A stretch of DNA of 64,000 bases from the NCBI GenBank assembly GCA_965261085.1, contig OZ253442.1, positions 2,464,001-2,528,000 of the forward strand, written 5' to 3'. Positions 1 to 9,552 of this stretch are shown here, in pieces. A model generated the notes under the pieces. The model ran no database searches. It had not been told where the DNA came from and worked only from the letters and a program-made list of their open reading frames with translations. The DNA is from a bacterium (lineage in GTDB: Bacteria; UBA8248). A program made the position numbers and the translations under genes. Within the stretch, counting starts at the first letter, position 1. Every line of letters starts with the position of its first letter.

Positions 1-639
1 ATCGAAGAGGCTCCCACCCTCTTCACCCTGCTTGCGGAAGCAAGCCTCGCCGAGCGCTGCCGCCGGGTCGGGGATGCGAAGGCGGCATTAGAGGAGTTCA
101 ACCGAGCCCTGCCCGAGCATCTGGCCGAATCCGTCTGGGCCTATCGTGGGGAGGAGGAATCCATCGAGCGGCGCGACCTGTTCCGCCACCCCGGAGACCT
201 CGAGTGGGACGACCCCAGCTGGGAAGAATACAGGAAAGACGGCAATCCCTTCACCAATTTCCTGAAAAGATTGGCGAAAAATATCGAGGCCGACAACGGG
301 GCACTCGACCCCGCAGACATCGAGTTCGACCCCGATATGGTTTGCCGGGGCGATCTTTTCCCCGAACGCCGCGCGCGCTTAACCTGCGGCTCACGGCGCG
401 CCGAGTGGTCTCTTTCTCATGGATATGCGCGCCTGGGCCAGATCCCTAAACGCCTTCGAGGCGAAGGCGAAGACGTCGACCGCGAGCGTGTGGAATGGCT
501 GGAGGCGCAAATCACTGACGATGAATGGGCCGCCTGCGAAGAGATGATGGCCGCCGCAGTGAAACTCGGGAAAATGTTGACGGGTAAAACTGACCCCGAT
601 GAGGCGGACGAACAGGGGAGCCAATATAAAGATGAATGA
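1..639 (+). CDS. 5'-truncated hypothetical protein, resembling the C-terminal region of island-borne XRE-family regulators
   Basis: Frame +1 is open from base 1 (IEEAPTLFTLLAEASL...SIERRDLF...NPFTNFLKRLA...HGYARLGQIP...ERVEWLE) to TGA at 639. Family resemblance is from memory only. Confidence 0.5.
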   Translation: MEEAPTLFTLLAEASLAERCRRVGDAKAALEEFNRALPEHLAESVWAYRGEEESIERRDLFRHPGDLEWDDPSWEEYRKDGNPFTNFLKRLAKNIEADNGALDPADIEFDPDMVCRGDLFPERRARLTCGSRRAEWSLSHGYARLGQIPKRLRGEGEDVDRERVEWLEAQITDDEWAACEEMMAAAVKLGKMLTGKTDPDEADEQGSQYKDE

Positions 640-802
640 AACGAAACAGAACAATATTCATAAAGAGGCGATGGTATGGGTGAATGAGATTGCGAAGAAT
701 TGGATTCAGGAAGGGCTCGACCTCGAACAAATCTTTAACAGGGCATGGTTGCGTTATGGACTCGTGGCGTATCGAGTAAACAATACAGCCAAGAAAGGAT
801 GA
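632..802 (+). CDS. small hypothetical protein
   Basis: MNETKQNN... overlaps the upstream stop, consistent with operon packing. Confidence 0.4.
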   Translation: MNETKQNNIHKEAMVWVNEIAKNWIQEGLDLEQIFNRAWLRYGLVAYRVNNTAKKG

Positions 803-806
803 AACG

Positions 807-971
807 ATGGCGAATGATTCTGTCTTTACCAGTGCGGAAAAAGTGGCCCTCCTAGCGGCATTCAACAGGATGGGCGCAATCAGCGATTCGCTAGAAAGAA
901 TTGCCGACGCTTTGGAGCGGGCATATCCTCCCCCGCCAAAGCCTGAGAAGAAGGGCTGGTTCAAATCGTGA
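807..971 (+). CDS. 54-aa hypothetical protein, absent from the ORF track
   Basis: AAAGGA RBS, ATG at 807, MANDSVFTSAEKVALLAAFNRMGAISDSLERIADALERAYPPPPKPEKKGWFKS*. It fills the gap between its neighbours. Confidence 0.5.
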   Translation: MANDSVFTSAEKVALLAAFNRMGAISDSLERIADALERAYPPPPKPEKKGWFKS

Positions 972-1014
972 AGCCGTGTTTTCTTTCAACCAGGCAGATG
1001 AAGAAGGAGAAAAA

Positions 1015-2025
1015 ATGAACGCCGAATGTTTGATTCAGTGGAACTGCCTGAAAAAAGAAGCAGCCGAGGGTTTTCCACTGGAAAAACTCGAAGGCTGTAT
1101 AGGAGAATACCTGCGCGAAAACCCCGAAAAAGGGGAGAACAACGTGCGCGCCGTACTGAGGTCTATCAGAGAGGCCCTTCGATGTGAAGAGCTCGAAGAC
1201 GAGGTTGTAAAGCACAAGGCCAGGAAACTCCTCAAGAGTTGCCGCCATACATTCGATGAAGTCTGCAAGAATGCAAGTCATTTCAGAAAGGCATTGACCG
1301 AGGCCAGGGAGAGGAGTGCCGAAGAAAATGCCGCTCCCAGAATCATCCCTCTTTGCGACGATTTCAGGTTCGAAGAAGTAGTGTCCATTAAAATGCTCAT
1401 GACAATCGGAAAAACTCTCGAAATCTGCGTCGGAAAACGCGAGGATGCACAGAGTTATTGGAAGGAAGCTGAGTCCGGTGAATCCAGGCTCTGGTTGCTC
1501 TTGAAGGGAGAGGAACCATTCGCTCTACTGAAAATCGATTTGGAAGAAAATAAAGTAGTGGAATTCTCCACCCACGATAACGACGACCCCAAAATTTCAT
1601 TCGAACTGGCCATGAAGATTCTGCATGAGCTTGACGTTACCGCCGACAACGAAACCTCATTCGCAAGTGTCGGGGCATTCGGCAGGTTCAAGGGCGGCCG
1701 GCCCGAGGTCGAACCCCTTCGCGTCGGCGATCAGGAAATGTGGATCTGGCTGTATGAGCACGAACTCATTGTGGCTATGGAGGAGCATGCTGACGGGAAA
1801 CTCTTCTGGTCCCGCTTTGTATTGGAACTGAATAAATATAATCCCTACGCAGACCCCAGGGTGGGTCCTTGGGGTATCTTCACTCGGGGGGAGTGGAAGG
1901 AGGATTCCAGTAACCACCTCAGCCTGGGGATGCTGTTCGAGGTTGTCCGGCGACATCCCCATGTTCTGAAAAATCTAAGTTCACCCGCTTTCCCAGAGTC
2001 GGCTCTTGCCAAAATAGCGGCCTGA
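1015..2025 (+). CDS. hypothetical protein with a possible PcfJ-like domain
   Basis: AAGGAG RBS before ATG 1015. The segment LMTIGKTLEICVG...Y...GESRLWLL...LLKID...VVEFSTHDNDDP resembles the PcfJ pattern. Confidence 0.55.
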   Translation: MNAECLIQWNCLKKEAAEGFPLEKLEGCIGEYLRENPEKGENNVRAVLRSIREALRCEELEDEVVKHKARKLLKSCRHTFDEVCKNASHFRKALTEARERSAEENAAPRIIPLCDDFRFEEVVSIKMLMTIGKTLEICVGKREDAQSYWKEAESGESRLWLLLKGEEPFALLKIDLEENKVVEFSTHDNDDPKISFELAMKILHELDVTADNETSFASVGAFGRFKGGRPEVEPLRVGDQEMWIWLYEHELIVAMEEHADGKLFWSRFVLELNKYNPYADPRVGPWGIFTRGEWKEDSSNHLSLGMLFEVVRRHPHVLKNLSSPAFPESALAKIAA

Positions 2026-2382
2026 GCGCGCTTGTCCTTATTTGAATTATCCTTGAGAAACCATCTCACCAAATCGGCTACACCCTGTATTCGTCCTGGC
2101 TCAACGCTAGGCTAATAGCTACACCGGATGCTGGTGCACAACCCGCGGTTGCTGGTCGTGGTTGCGCGGTTCAATCGAATGTTGCGCATCACCTTAGCGC
2201 TGTGAAGAACAATAATATCTATCGGAAGCTGGTTCTGGCTGTATGAATGTCAAGCCTGTATAAACGCAGGGAATGTTAGCAAGCTGGTGTGTGGGTCAGG
2301 GAAAACAATCCACGAGATGGAATTAGAAAAACCAGTGTTCAACCAGCAGTTCTTGATGAGGTAGCACAATAGTTGGACAGAG

Positions 2383-2545
2383 ATTCGCTTGGATACACGG
2401 GAGATTGAATTGCTCCGTTTCTTCCTTGATTGCATCTCATGGAAAGCGAATTCCCAACATGCTTTAGAACAATGAATCTGTCCCAACAGTATCAACAGGA
2501 TAACTGTATGTCACACGCTAAAACCCCTCTTCCCAAACCGTTAGG
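2383..2545 (+). repeat. R0, most diverged copy of the ~165-bp R element
   Basis: GGATACACGGGAGATTGAAT...TTGATTGCAT...GGAAAGCGAATTC...TATCAACAGGATAA. The GGAT-to-TCAA offset is 101 bp as in the other copies. Confidence 0.7.
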
Positions 2546-2942
2546 ACAATAGATTAACGTAATTTCATTCATGGCAAAACGAAGTGGTGGCTGATCCGAT
2601 TCCAGCCGACCCACATGTTATGCCGGAACGAGAGATACCAAGACGCTTTTAGGAGCATTGTTGGATGTTTCACAGAGGTGCTCCGCGTCCAGCGGTACTA
2701 GTTCAGGGCCTGTTTCTGTTAAAAAGTCACTGGGATATTTGGATATGCGGTCAGAGTAGCGAAAGGCCGTATTCGGTAAGATCTCAGTGTTCAGTATATT
2801 GACGCACGTTGTCCTTCTGCTATCTCGGCCGATTCTAGCTGGACGCCCAATATAGCAATTCCTCCAATGGCGAGAGTTCCTCTATTCTGGCATCAATTTG
2901 TGAAAATCAGCTTGCAACCCTATGTTAAATTAACTCAATATT

Positions 2943-5651
2943 TTATGCTGAAATCAGTTCTTCACCTTTCGCAGCTTGCAAGGACAACTGCCGTCCGCCG
3001 ACTCCTTCGAAAAGCTGCTCCCGGCATGTAAGCACAATGATCTGAACATGGCTGGCGACCATGTTCAGAATGTCGAACATCCGACCCATTCTGTGGTCGT
3101 CTGAAAACACCAGCGCGTCATCCAGAATGACGGTTGCAGGGTGTCCTTGTTCGACAAGCATCTCAGCAAAAGCGAGGCGCACTAGGACGGCGATCTGCTC
3201 CTGCGTCCCCATACTCAGGTGGTGAAAAGCCTCCTCATAGCCCTCCTGCCGCACGACGCCGACGATATGCAGGTTTTCGTCAATTGTGATTTCCGCGCCA
3301 GGAAACAGAAGCTGAAAGTATGGATGTGCCCGGCTCAGAACCGGAGAAAGATAGCGCTCTTTAGCGTCGCTCTCGGCAGAGCGAAGTGTTGATAACAGCA
3401 GAGAAAGCACTTGTACTTCTCGCTCGTACCGCTGGAGACGATCTTCGGTCAACTCGACTTCGCGAGCTTTTTGCTGAATAGCTTCGTCAAGCCCAGCACC
3501 TTCAAGCGCTTCAATATGCGACCGGAACCCGGCTATCTTTTCGTTCAACGCAGAACGCTTGTCGTGTCTATCCTTAACCGCCTTTTGCAAACGAGAAATC
3601 CGCGCTTCCAACTGCAGAAGCGTCTCGCCCTCACGTTGCGCCTCAAGATCAGAAATCACCTTCTCCCGATCCACCAACTCTATTTCAGCGGCAGAAACCG
3701 TCGCGCTCAGCTCATCTTCAGAACCTTGTTGTTCGGCGTCAATAAGGTCGCTCTTGAGTTTATCCAGGCGCACTATCCCGTCCTCGAACCTTGTCTTCAC
3801 TGCTCCCAATTTGGTCTGTATGTGTCCGAGCTCCTCTTCCGGGCCAGCAAGGGAGGCCCCGGCGGCGGCGAGCGTTTCTCTGACATCCTGCGCACTATTC
3901 TGCGCATCAAGCAGTGCTTCCTCGGCTTCTTTTTCCGTTGGCAAATCCTGAACGCTAAGCTCGCTCAGTTCGCGTTCCAGGAACGTCTTCAGCCCTTCAA
4001 TGTGATTGGCTAACGGTTCCGCACCGGCGTCATAATCTTCTGACGAGGGCGCGTGCAATTCAGCCTCTTGCCGCGCAAATTCAGCGTTTTGAAGCAGTTT
4101 TTGGCGCTTAGAGAGCTGTTCCTCGGCTGTATCAAGCGAGTTGACCCCGCACTTTTCCAGCTCAGACTTAAGTGCATCACTCGCCTCGCGTTGCTGGGTA
4201 AGAAGCTTGTCACGATCCTTGATGGCGGGCTGAACGGAAATACTGCCGTAATCAGGAATGACAATCGTAGTTGCCTCGACCGCTCGTACTGCTGTGTGAT
4301 CGGCCGAAAGCGCCACGCCATCCACTTCGATTTTCGACAACCGGTCCGATGGCATTTCAAACGAGACGAGTGTGGCGGCGGCAGAAAGACGTGAGCGTGC
4401 GCTTTCCAACGCTTTGGCCGCGCACCGTATTATTTCTATGTTCTCATCGTTAACTAAAACGGCGGCTGCACCCTGTAGCGCAACCCTTCGTTTCTTCTCA
4501 GCCTCGTGCGCTTTCTCGTAGCGTCCCTGGAGTTCGCGTATCCGGACATCACGTTGAACTGCGTTGAGAACACGGCGCGATAACGAAACTGTCTCATCCG
4601 CTTGGGTTACGGTATTCTCTGCTTCCTTTACATCTTTTCGAAGTTGCTCAAGGTTCGACCGTAGCTCCTTTTCTTGCCCGCGAACCTCGTCGAGGCTCTT
4701 CTTCGCCAGTTCAGCGGTTTCCGTGTCGGTTTCGATCTGGTCCTTCAGACTGCGACGCTCGGCAAGAGCTTGTTCCGCTTGTTCCAAGTTGCGGTTCTTT
4801 AGTTCAACGTCTGTCGCGGCCGCCTCGATGCGTGTTTCGAGCTTGGCGAGTTCTGCATGTCGCTTCCGCGCGGCGTCCAGCTCCTCCTTGTCTGAATGAT
4901 CACGCTCTCCAGATGAAAGACGGGTGAGCGTTTCCTGTGCTTCTTCTAGGTTTTTTAGTACCTCGGATAGCCCCTGGCGACGGCTCCGCAACTCTTCGAG
5001 TTCCGACTGGATCGTCTCGACTTCTTCAATTAGTTCCTTGTAGTCGCCGCGTGGTCTGTCGGTGCTTGTGACCAACTCGGAGAGCTGTTTTTCTACTACA
5101 CCCAGCAAGGCCCTTCCACGCTTGCCACCGAGAACCGCACCCACTTCCGATTCCAATGCGCTGTGCAGGTTCGAGCGTGCGCTATCGGGAAGATCAAGGG
5201 AGCCGAAGGATTGGCCTTGTTGAACCCAGAGGACATTCCACATGCCGAGAGCTTCAGGTTTGGCACCCGGCTTCCCTGGCTCATCGAACCCGAGCAGAGC
5301 ACGTAGTGCATCTTCTGATTCATCGCCTTCGAGCTTGCGTCCGTCTGGACAAAAAAGGTGGGCATAGGGCTTCTTTACGAACCGCTTTCTGATCCGATAA
5401 ACCCCTTCATCAACTTCGAACGCCAGTTCAACAACCGGCGCAGCTTGGTTGCGGTCATTCTGCAATGCCGTAATCGATTGGGCCTTCGAACTGTGCTTTT
5501 CGAAAAGAACAGCACGCAGCGCATCTAGCAGAGTGGATTTGCCCATCTCGTTGGGACCGACAACGACGTTCAAGCCGTCGCCGATGTCGTTCAGACATAT
5601 CGGCGTCGTAAATTTCTTGAACTGATTGATAGCGAGAGATCGAATCTTCAT
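2943..5651 (-). CDS. Rad50/SbcC-like (YhaN-type) coiled-coil ATPase
   Basis: Walker A GPNEMGKST, long coiled coil, signature LSMGTQEQ, Walker B ILDD. No CxxC zinc hook seen. Confidence 0.9.
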   Translation of the reverse strand: MKIRSLAINQFKKFTTPICLNDIGDGLNVVVGPNEMGKSTLLDALRAVLFEKHSSKAQSITALQNDRNQAAPVVELAFEVDEGVYRIRKRFVKKPYAHLFCPDGRKLEGDESEDALRALLGFDEPGKPGAKPEALGMWNVLWVQQGQSFGSLDLPDSARSNLHSALESEVGAVLGGKRGRALLGVVEKQLSELVTSTDRPRGDYKELIEEVETIQSELEELRSRRQGLSEVLKNLEEAQETLTRLSSGERDHSDKEELDAARKRHAELAKLETRIEAAATDVELKNRNLEQAEQALAERRSLKDQIETDTETAELAKKSLDEVRGQEKELRSNLEQLRKDVKEAENTVTQADETVSLSRRVLNAVQRDVRIRELQGRYEKAHEAEKKRRVALQGAAAVLVNDENIEIIRCAAKALESARSRLSAAATLVSFEMPSDRLSKIEVDGVALSADHTAVRAVEATTIVIPDYGSISVQPAIKDRDKLLTQQREASDALKSELEKCGVNSLDTAEEQLSKRQKLLQNAEFARQEAELHAPSSEDYDAGAEPLANHIEGLKTFLERELSELSVQDLPTEKEAEEALLDAQNSAQDVRETLAAAGASLAGPEEELGHIQTKLGAVKTRFEDGIVRLDKLKSDLIDAEQQGSEDELSATVSAAEIELVDREKVISDLEAQREGETLLQLEARISRLQKAVKDRHDKRSALNEKIAGFRSHIEALEGAGLDEAIQQKAREVELTEDRLQRYEREVQVLSLLLSTLRSAESDAKERYLSPVLSRAHPYFQLLFPGAEITIDENLHIVGVVRQEGYEEAFHHLSMGTQEQIAVLVRLAFAEMLVEQGHPATVILDDALVFSDDHRMGRMFDILNMVASHVQIIVLTCREQLFEGVGGRQLSLQAAKGEELISA

Positions 5652-6790
5652 TGGCTCCTCGTCTGCAATTTCATGTGCTCAACATATAACCGCTGGAGCG
5701 CTAGTGCGGCGATCTCGTGTTTCGGATCGTTCATGTCTTCAGACTGTAGTTTCAGGACATCAGCGGCGGCACGTACAAATCCGCCCCGGTCGATTTGGTC
5801 GAGGTCCTCTTCACTCGAGTTCGGGAAAAGTCGCGCGTCATCGACCCGGAGATAACATAAAGCCGCGGAAACCTGCTCGACGACCTCCTCCTGAAAATAC
5901 TGCCGCTCCTGTAGCGAAACAGCGCCTTCGACAACAAGGCGCACCAAAATCAGATTCAGGCCATCACCGCAGCCACGAAGCTTACTGACAAGGGCGTCAA
6001 TGTCGTCATGGCTGTTGACTTGCTCACGGAATGTCATCCATCGATAGTGACCAGTCTCAATTGGTGTAATGATGGGAACTGCATCAACACTTTCGATTTC
6101 CACCAGGAGCGCCCGTCCACCACCTTCGACATCAAAAGCGTCGGTCTCGGGCGTACCGCTATACCAGACCCTGTTATTAATCTTTTTCTGCCCGTGCCAG
6201 TCGCCCAGGGCCAGATAAGCAAGGCCCGCAGCTATTGGCCGATTTGGGTTGATGTAATTCGGAAAATCCTTGTCATCAGAGCCGAACCCCGTGACCGTAC
6301 CGTGCGCGAGTCCTACGCGGATAATCCCCGCCGGAGTGTCGACTTCATCCATGTACGCAGTAGGGTCCTGAAGCGTACGGCGGTAATGGAGCGGTGCTGG
6401 CAGAATTGCGAAGCCATCGCTTTCAAAAATCCTTGGTTTTGACGAAACGTGAATTATCACGTTGTCCGGCATGCCCCTTCGTGAAAGTTGGTCCCAAAGT
6501 CTATTTGGGCGATGCGGATCATGGTTTCCGGGTAAGAGATGCCATTGGACCGCATTGAATTTCCGCATACGTTCTAGCGGCTGATTGAGAGAACGCGGAG
6601 AAAGCGCCTCCATGTCGTACACATCACCGGCAACCAGAACATGACCAGCGCAATGTTTTACCGCCAACTCGCCGAGCCGAGTTATCGCAGCCAAGCGCGA
6701 TTCCTGAAGCAAACCCATCGTTCCGTCATCAACAAAGCGAAAAACTTTGCCAACCTGCCAGTCCGATGTGTGTAGTAACTTCAGAGCCAT
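5648..6790 (-). CDS. Mre11/SbcD-like (YhaO-type) metallophosphoesterase nuclease
   Basis: HTSDWQ, AGDVYD, GNHD, AHG and LGDWHG motifs. ATGA overlap with the ATPase. Confidence 0.92.
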   Translation of the reverse strand: MALKLLHTSDWQVGKVFRFVDDGTMGLLQESRLAAITRLGELAVKHCAGHVLVAGDVYDMEALSPRSLNQPLERMRKFNAVQWHLLPGNHDPHRPNRLWDQLSRRGMPDNVIIHVSSKPRIFESDGFAILPAPLHYRRTLQDPTAYMDEVDTPAGIIRVGLAHGTVTGFGSDDKDFPNYINPNRPIAAGLAYLALGDWHGQKKINNRVWYSGTPETDAFDVEGGGRALLVEIESVDAVPIITPIETGHYRWMTFREQVNSHDDIDALVSKLRGCGDGLNLILVRLVVEGAVSLQERQYFQEEVVEQVSAALCYLRVDDARLFPNSSEEDLDQIDRGGFVRAAADVLKLQSEDMNDPKHEIAALALQRLYVEHMKLQTRSQ

Positions 6791-7014
6791 AGGTAATCAT
6801 CGCAGCATTCTACGAAGATACATCCTTCAAGAAGTTGGAAAATTTTGACTTCCATCAGCAACTCTAATTCTCCTGCTGGCGTGTAGTCATTCAATTCAAT
6901 AGCGCCGGAAAGGAAATCCAAGACCTGACGCTTGTATTCACTATCTAGATTGTTGAAGTTTCTGTCAAATCTGGGGGCATGGTCGTCCTGAATCAAGCGT
7001 GTATGGACGCGCAT
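6781..7014 (-). CDS. short ORF or gene remnant coupled to the nuclease
   Basis: 77 aa, stop overlaps the nuclease start, lies 26 bp from a MITE. Confidence 0.35.
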   Translation of the reverse strand: MRVHTRLIQDDHAPRFDRNFNNLDSEYKRQVLDFLSGAIELNDYTPAGELELLMEVKIFQLLEGCIFVECCDDYLWL

Positions 7015-7040
7015 ATAGGGCTACACGATGCTCCGACAAG

Positions 7041-7163
7041 GTAAACATTCAGTCGTCGGGTGAGATCGTCGCTGGCGCCAGAGGCAGTTGTTGATATTGC
7101 GAGGCGTAGTCGGTTTGGGCTGGTGCTTTCTTGACCGCCATCACCCCACAATTGAATGTTTAC
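7041..7163. mobile_element. 123-bp IS66-type MITE (MITE1a)
   Basis: Terminal inverted repeats GTAAACATTCAGTCGTCGGGTGA / GTAAACATTCAATTGTGGGGTGA. Flanking 8-bp near-duplication CCGACAAG (7033-7040) / CCGACAGG (7164-7171). GTAA ends and 8-bp TSD are IS66 hallmarks. Confidence 0.75.
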
Positions 7164-7178
7164 CCGACAGGGACGCTC

Positions 7179-7343
7179 CGGGATGCGCGGGAGTTTGAAT
7201 TTCCTCGTTTCCGTTTTGATTACATGCTGGAGGAGGGGGATTCCGAATGAGGTTCTGATAAACCATTTTTCGGCAATAGTTTCAATAAACTACAAAGATT
7301 TTACCGCTAATGGAAATACCCCAACGCCTGTAAGCGGGCGAAA
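7179..7343 (+). repeat. R1, ~165-bp R element
   Basis: GGGATGCGCGGGAGTTTGAAT...CGTTTTGATTACAT...TTTCAATAAACTA...TAAGCGGGCGAAA. Confidence 0.9.
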
Positions 7344-7432
7344 GACATTTATGTGCGGTCCGTAAGGAGGAACACTTCCTGCCGCTCGCGCCACCTTGTC
7401 GCCGACGGGATGCGGACACGAACTAGGGAGCA

Positions 7433-7993
7433 TTATCCGGGACGACGGCGCCGGCGTCCCGTCCGCACCACCCACAATACCTTGTCGCGGATATGGACGT
7501 CTTCTGCGCGGCTGGGGGCGTGGCCGTTGTGGGCGGGGATGAGCCTCAGGCGTTCGTCCTCCTCCGCATCGCCGGGCATCGCCTCGACTTGTCTGGTCAT
7601 CAGCCTCTCCCCGAGCCTGAGCAGGAACGCGCCTCCCGCCTCCGGGAGCCGGCTCGCGAGGTCGATCACGACCCAATCGCCCTCGCGTATCTCCGGCTCC
7701 ATCAAGTCGCCCTCCACATCGAGGATGCGCAGGTTCCCGGGCTCCCCGGCGTCGTCGTGATACGTCACCCGGAAAGGGTCGCCGATGTCGGTGTCTCCAA
7801 TCTCCCGCGGCGGGACCCGGCTCGATGGGGTCGTCGAGAGGCTCTCGTAATCAGGCAGATCGATGATCGCGCCCGCGTTGTCCGTAGTCGCCGATGTCGT
7901 ACCCGACCCGGCGGATGCGAAGTGGGCGCTCACCGTCCCTACGGGACGGCGCTCCCGCGCCAGGGTTGCATGGCGATATCGCCTCTGCTCCAT
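7433..7993 (-). CDS. stand-alone S24 peptidase-like domain without HTH, catalytic dyad degenerate; start uncertain
   Basis: LRILDVEGDLMEPEIREGDWVVID...LMTRQVE versus GNSMEP...VVKRVE in the intact repressor at 50155. Confidence 0.75.
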   Translation of the reverse strand: MEQRRYRHATLARERRPVGTVSAHFASAGSGTTSATTDNAGAIIDLPDYESLSTTPSSRVPPREIGDTDIGDPFRVTYHDDAGEPGNLRILDVEGDLMEPEIREGDWVVIDLASRLPEAGGAFLLRLGERLMTRQVEAMPGDAEEDERLRLIPAHNGHAPSRAEDVHIRDKVLWVVRTGRRRRRPG

Positions 7994-9546
7994 GCCGCTT
8001 CGGTCGCCTTGATCGCGGCGGCCACGCCCGCCAGCGTCGGTGTTTCCGGCTCGGCCGGCAGGATATCGGCGCCGACGGCGAGGAATATCCGCCCGAAGCT
8101 CTCCTCTACCTCGGCAAGGCTGAGGTCACGCGCCAGCAGCGCGCGCAATGCTTCGATCTCGCCGCGAATCGTTTGCAGGCGGTCGACCGTCCCGAAGCGC
8201 TTGCTCGAACGCAAGACATCGAGAATGCGCCGTTCGATATCGACGATCCGGCCCACCGTCTTATGACGCGCCCGGGCTTCCTCGAAGCTCGCCAGCGCCA
8301 CATAGAGCTGCGTGAGCACCGCCATGCTCAGCGCCTCCCGCCGCGCCACCGCCAACCCGCGTCTCGCCCGCGCCGCATCGATGGCAGTGGGCGCAATGAA
8401 CATTTTGGTCAGGTTGACCGAGACCGCCGCGCCGAGTGAGATCCAGTCGTTGTTCACCAGAAACGAGTTGCCGTCCTGGTAGGCGCCTCCCGTCAACTCG
8501 AGGCCCGGAAGAAGCCTAAGCATGGCCTTCTTCACCTCGTCGGCCGCGATGCGTTCGCCGAGTTGTCCCTCGCGAAGCTCCGGACGATGGGCGAGCGCCA
8601 GCGCCGCTAGTTCATCCGCATCGAATGCGAGCGTGCGCGGCTCGGGGGCGGACGCCGGAATGGCGAGCGTGAAATCCGCCCCAGGCGGGAGACCGGCGAG
8701 CGCAGCGAGTTCGATCTTCGCAAGCCGGCTCTCCAGCCTCTGCTTCTCGAGATCTTCCACGGCCTCGAGCAGCGCCCGCTGGTAGCGCAGCGCCAGGATC
8801 GGCGACTGCATCTGACGGGTCGCAAGGCGCGCGCTGTCCGCAAGCGCCGCGCGAACCCGCGCCAGCAAGGGAGCGAGCCGGGCCAGAGCCCGCTCGCCCG
8901 CTACCGCTCGCCACCAGGCGCGGCGCACTTCCGCGACCACCCCTTGCACGGCCTTGCGGCGGCGCTCAAACGCGATGAGCGCCCGGTCCGACTGTTGTTT
9001 CGCCCCGTACCAGGAGACCCCGAAGTCCAGCACATGCCATACCGCGGCCAGGTTGCCGGAACGGCGGGTCCGATCGCTCGAGGTCGATGCGCTCAGCGAT
9101 TCCCGGCCCGTGCGCACCGAGCGGCTCGAGGAGGCCTGTACGTTGCTGCGCGCATCGACGCCGTAGCGGGCGCTCAGCCCAGGCAGCAGCCCGAGACGGG
9201 CCAGGCCGAGTTCCCGCATCGCCAGGCTCTGCTCCATGGCCCCCACGCGCGCGTCGAGATTGTGGAGCAGCGCGCGGGCCATCGCGCCGTGCAGGGTGAG
9301 CGGCCCGTCGAGGAGAGGCTGGTTGGCGGCCAGTCGCGCGAGGTCGGCCTGGACGCGACGCGAGGTCTGCCCGGGGGTGAGCGGCCGGGGATTCACGGTG
9401 CAACTCGCGAGCACCGCCGGCAATAAAAGACCCACGGCGAGCACGCGAGAGAGAAGCCGTTCCGGGATCCGCCGGGACTTCCCTCGCCCACCATATGGTG
9501 AGCGCCTGTGCGTACCGATTCGTTCGTCGGCCCGGAACCGTGACAT
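7939..9546 (-). CDS. TolC-family outer membrane efflux (lipo)protein
   Basis: Lipobox-like LASC, AMARALLHNLD and ALAHRPEL OEP repeats. Last gene of the T1SS operon. Confidence 0.85.
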   Translation of the reverse strand: MSRFRADERIGTHRRSPYGGRGKSRRIPERLLSRVLAVGLLLPAVLASCTVNPRPLTPGQTSRRVQADLARLAANQPLLDGPLTLHGAMARALLHNLDARVGAMEQSLAMRELGLARLGLLPGLSARYGVDARSNVQASSSRSVRTGRESLSASTSSDRTRRSGNLAAVWHVLDFGVSWYGAKQQSDRALIAFERRRKAVQGVVAEVRRAWWRAVAGERALARLAPLLARVRAALADSARLATRQMQSPILALRYQRALLEAVEDLEKQRLESRLAKIELAALAGLPPGADFTLAIPASAPEPRTLAFDADELAALALAHRPELREGQLGERIAADEVKKAMLRLLPGLELTGGAYQDGNSFLVNNDWISLGAAVSVNLTKMFIAPTAIDAARARRGLAVARREALSMAVLTQLYVALASFEEARARHKTVGRIVDIERRILDVLRSSKRFGTVDRLQTIRGEIEALRALLARDLSLAEVEESFGRIFLAVGADILPAEPETPTLAGVAAAIKATEAAWSRGDIAMQPWRGSAVP

Positions 9547-9552
9547 CTCCCT

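Noticed and set aside
2250-2495. 81-aa minus-strand ORF
   Set aside because: It overlaps R0, and the reading frame is not conserved in other R copies.
2903-2930. dif/pdif-like site (CTATGTTAAAT resembles the XerD arm)
   Set aside because: There is no XerC-like arm at the 6-bp spacing and no second site to form a module.
6999-7012. GTGTATGGACGCGC identical to the IS1111 end at 51389-51402
   Set aside because: It is an isolated 14-mer with no adjoining IS sequence or target. It may be chance or an unprovable scar.
7179-7343. R elements as CRISPR leaders or integron attC sites
   Set aside because: No repeat-spacer array or cas gene follows any copy, and there are no RYYYAAC/GTTRRRY palindromic ends or IntI gene.
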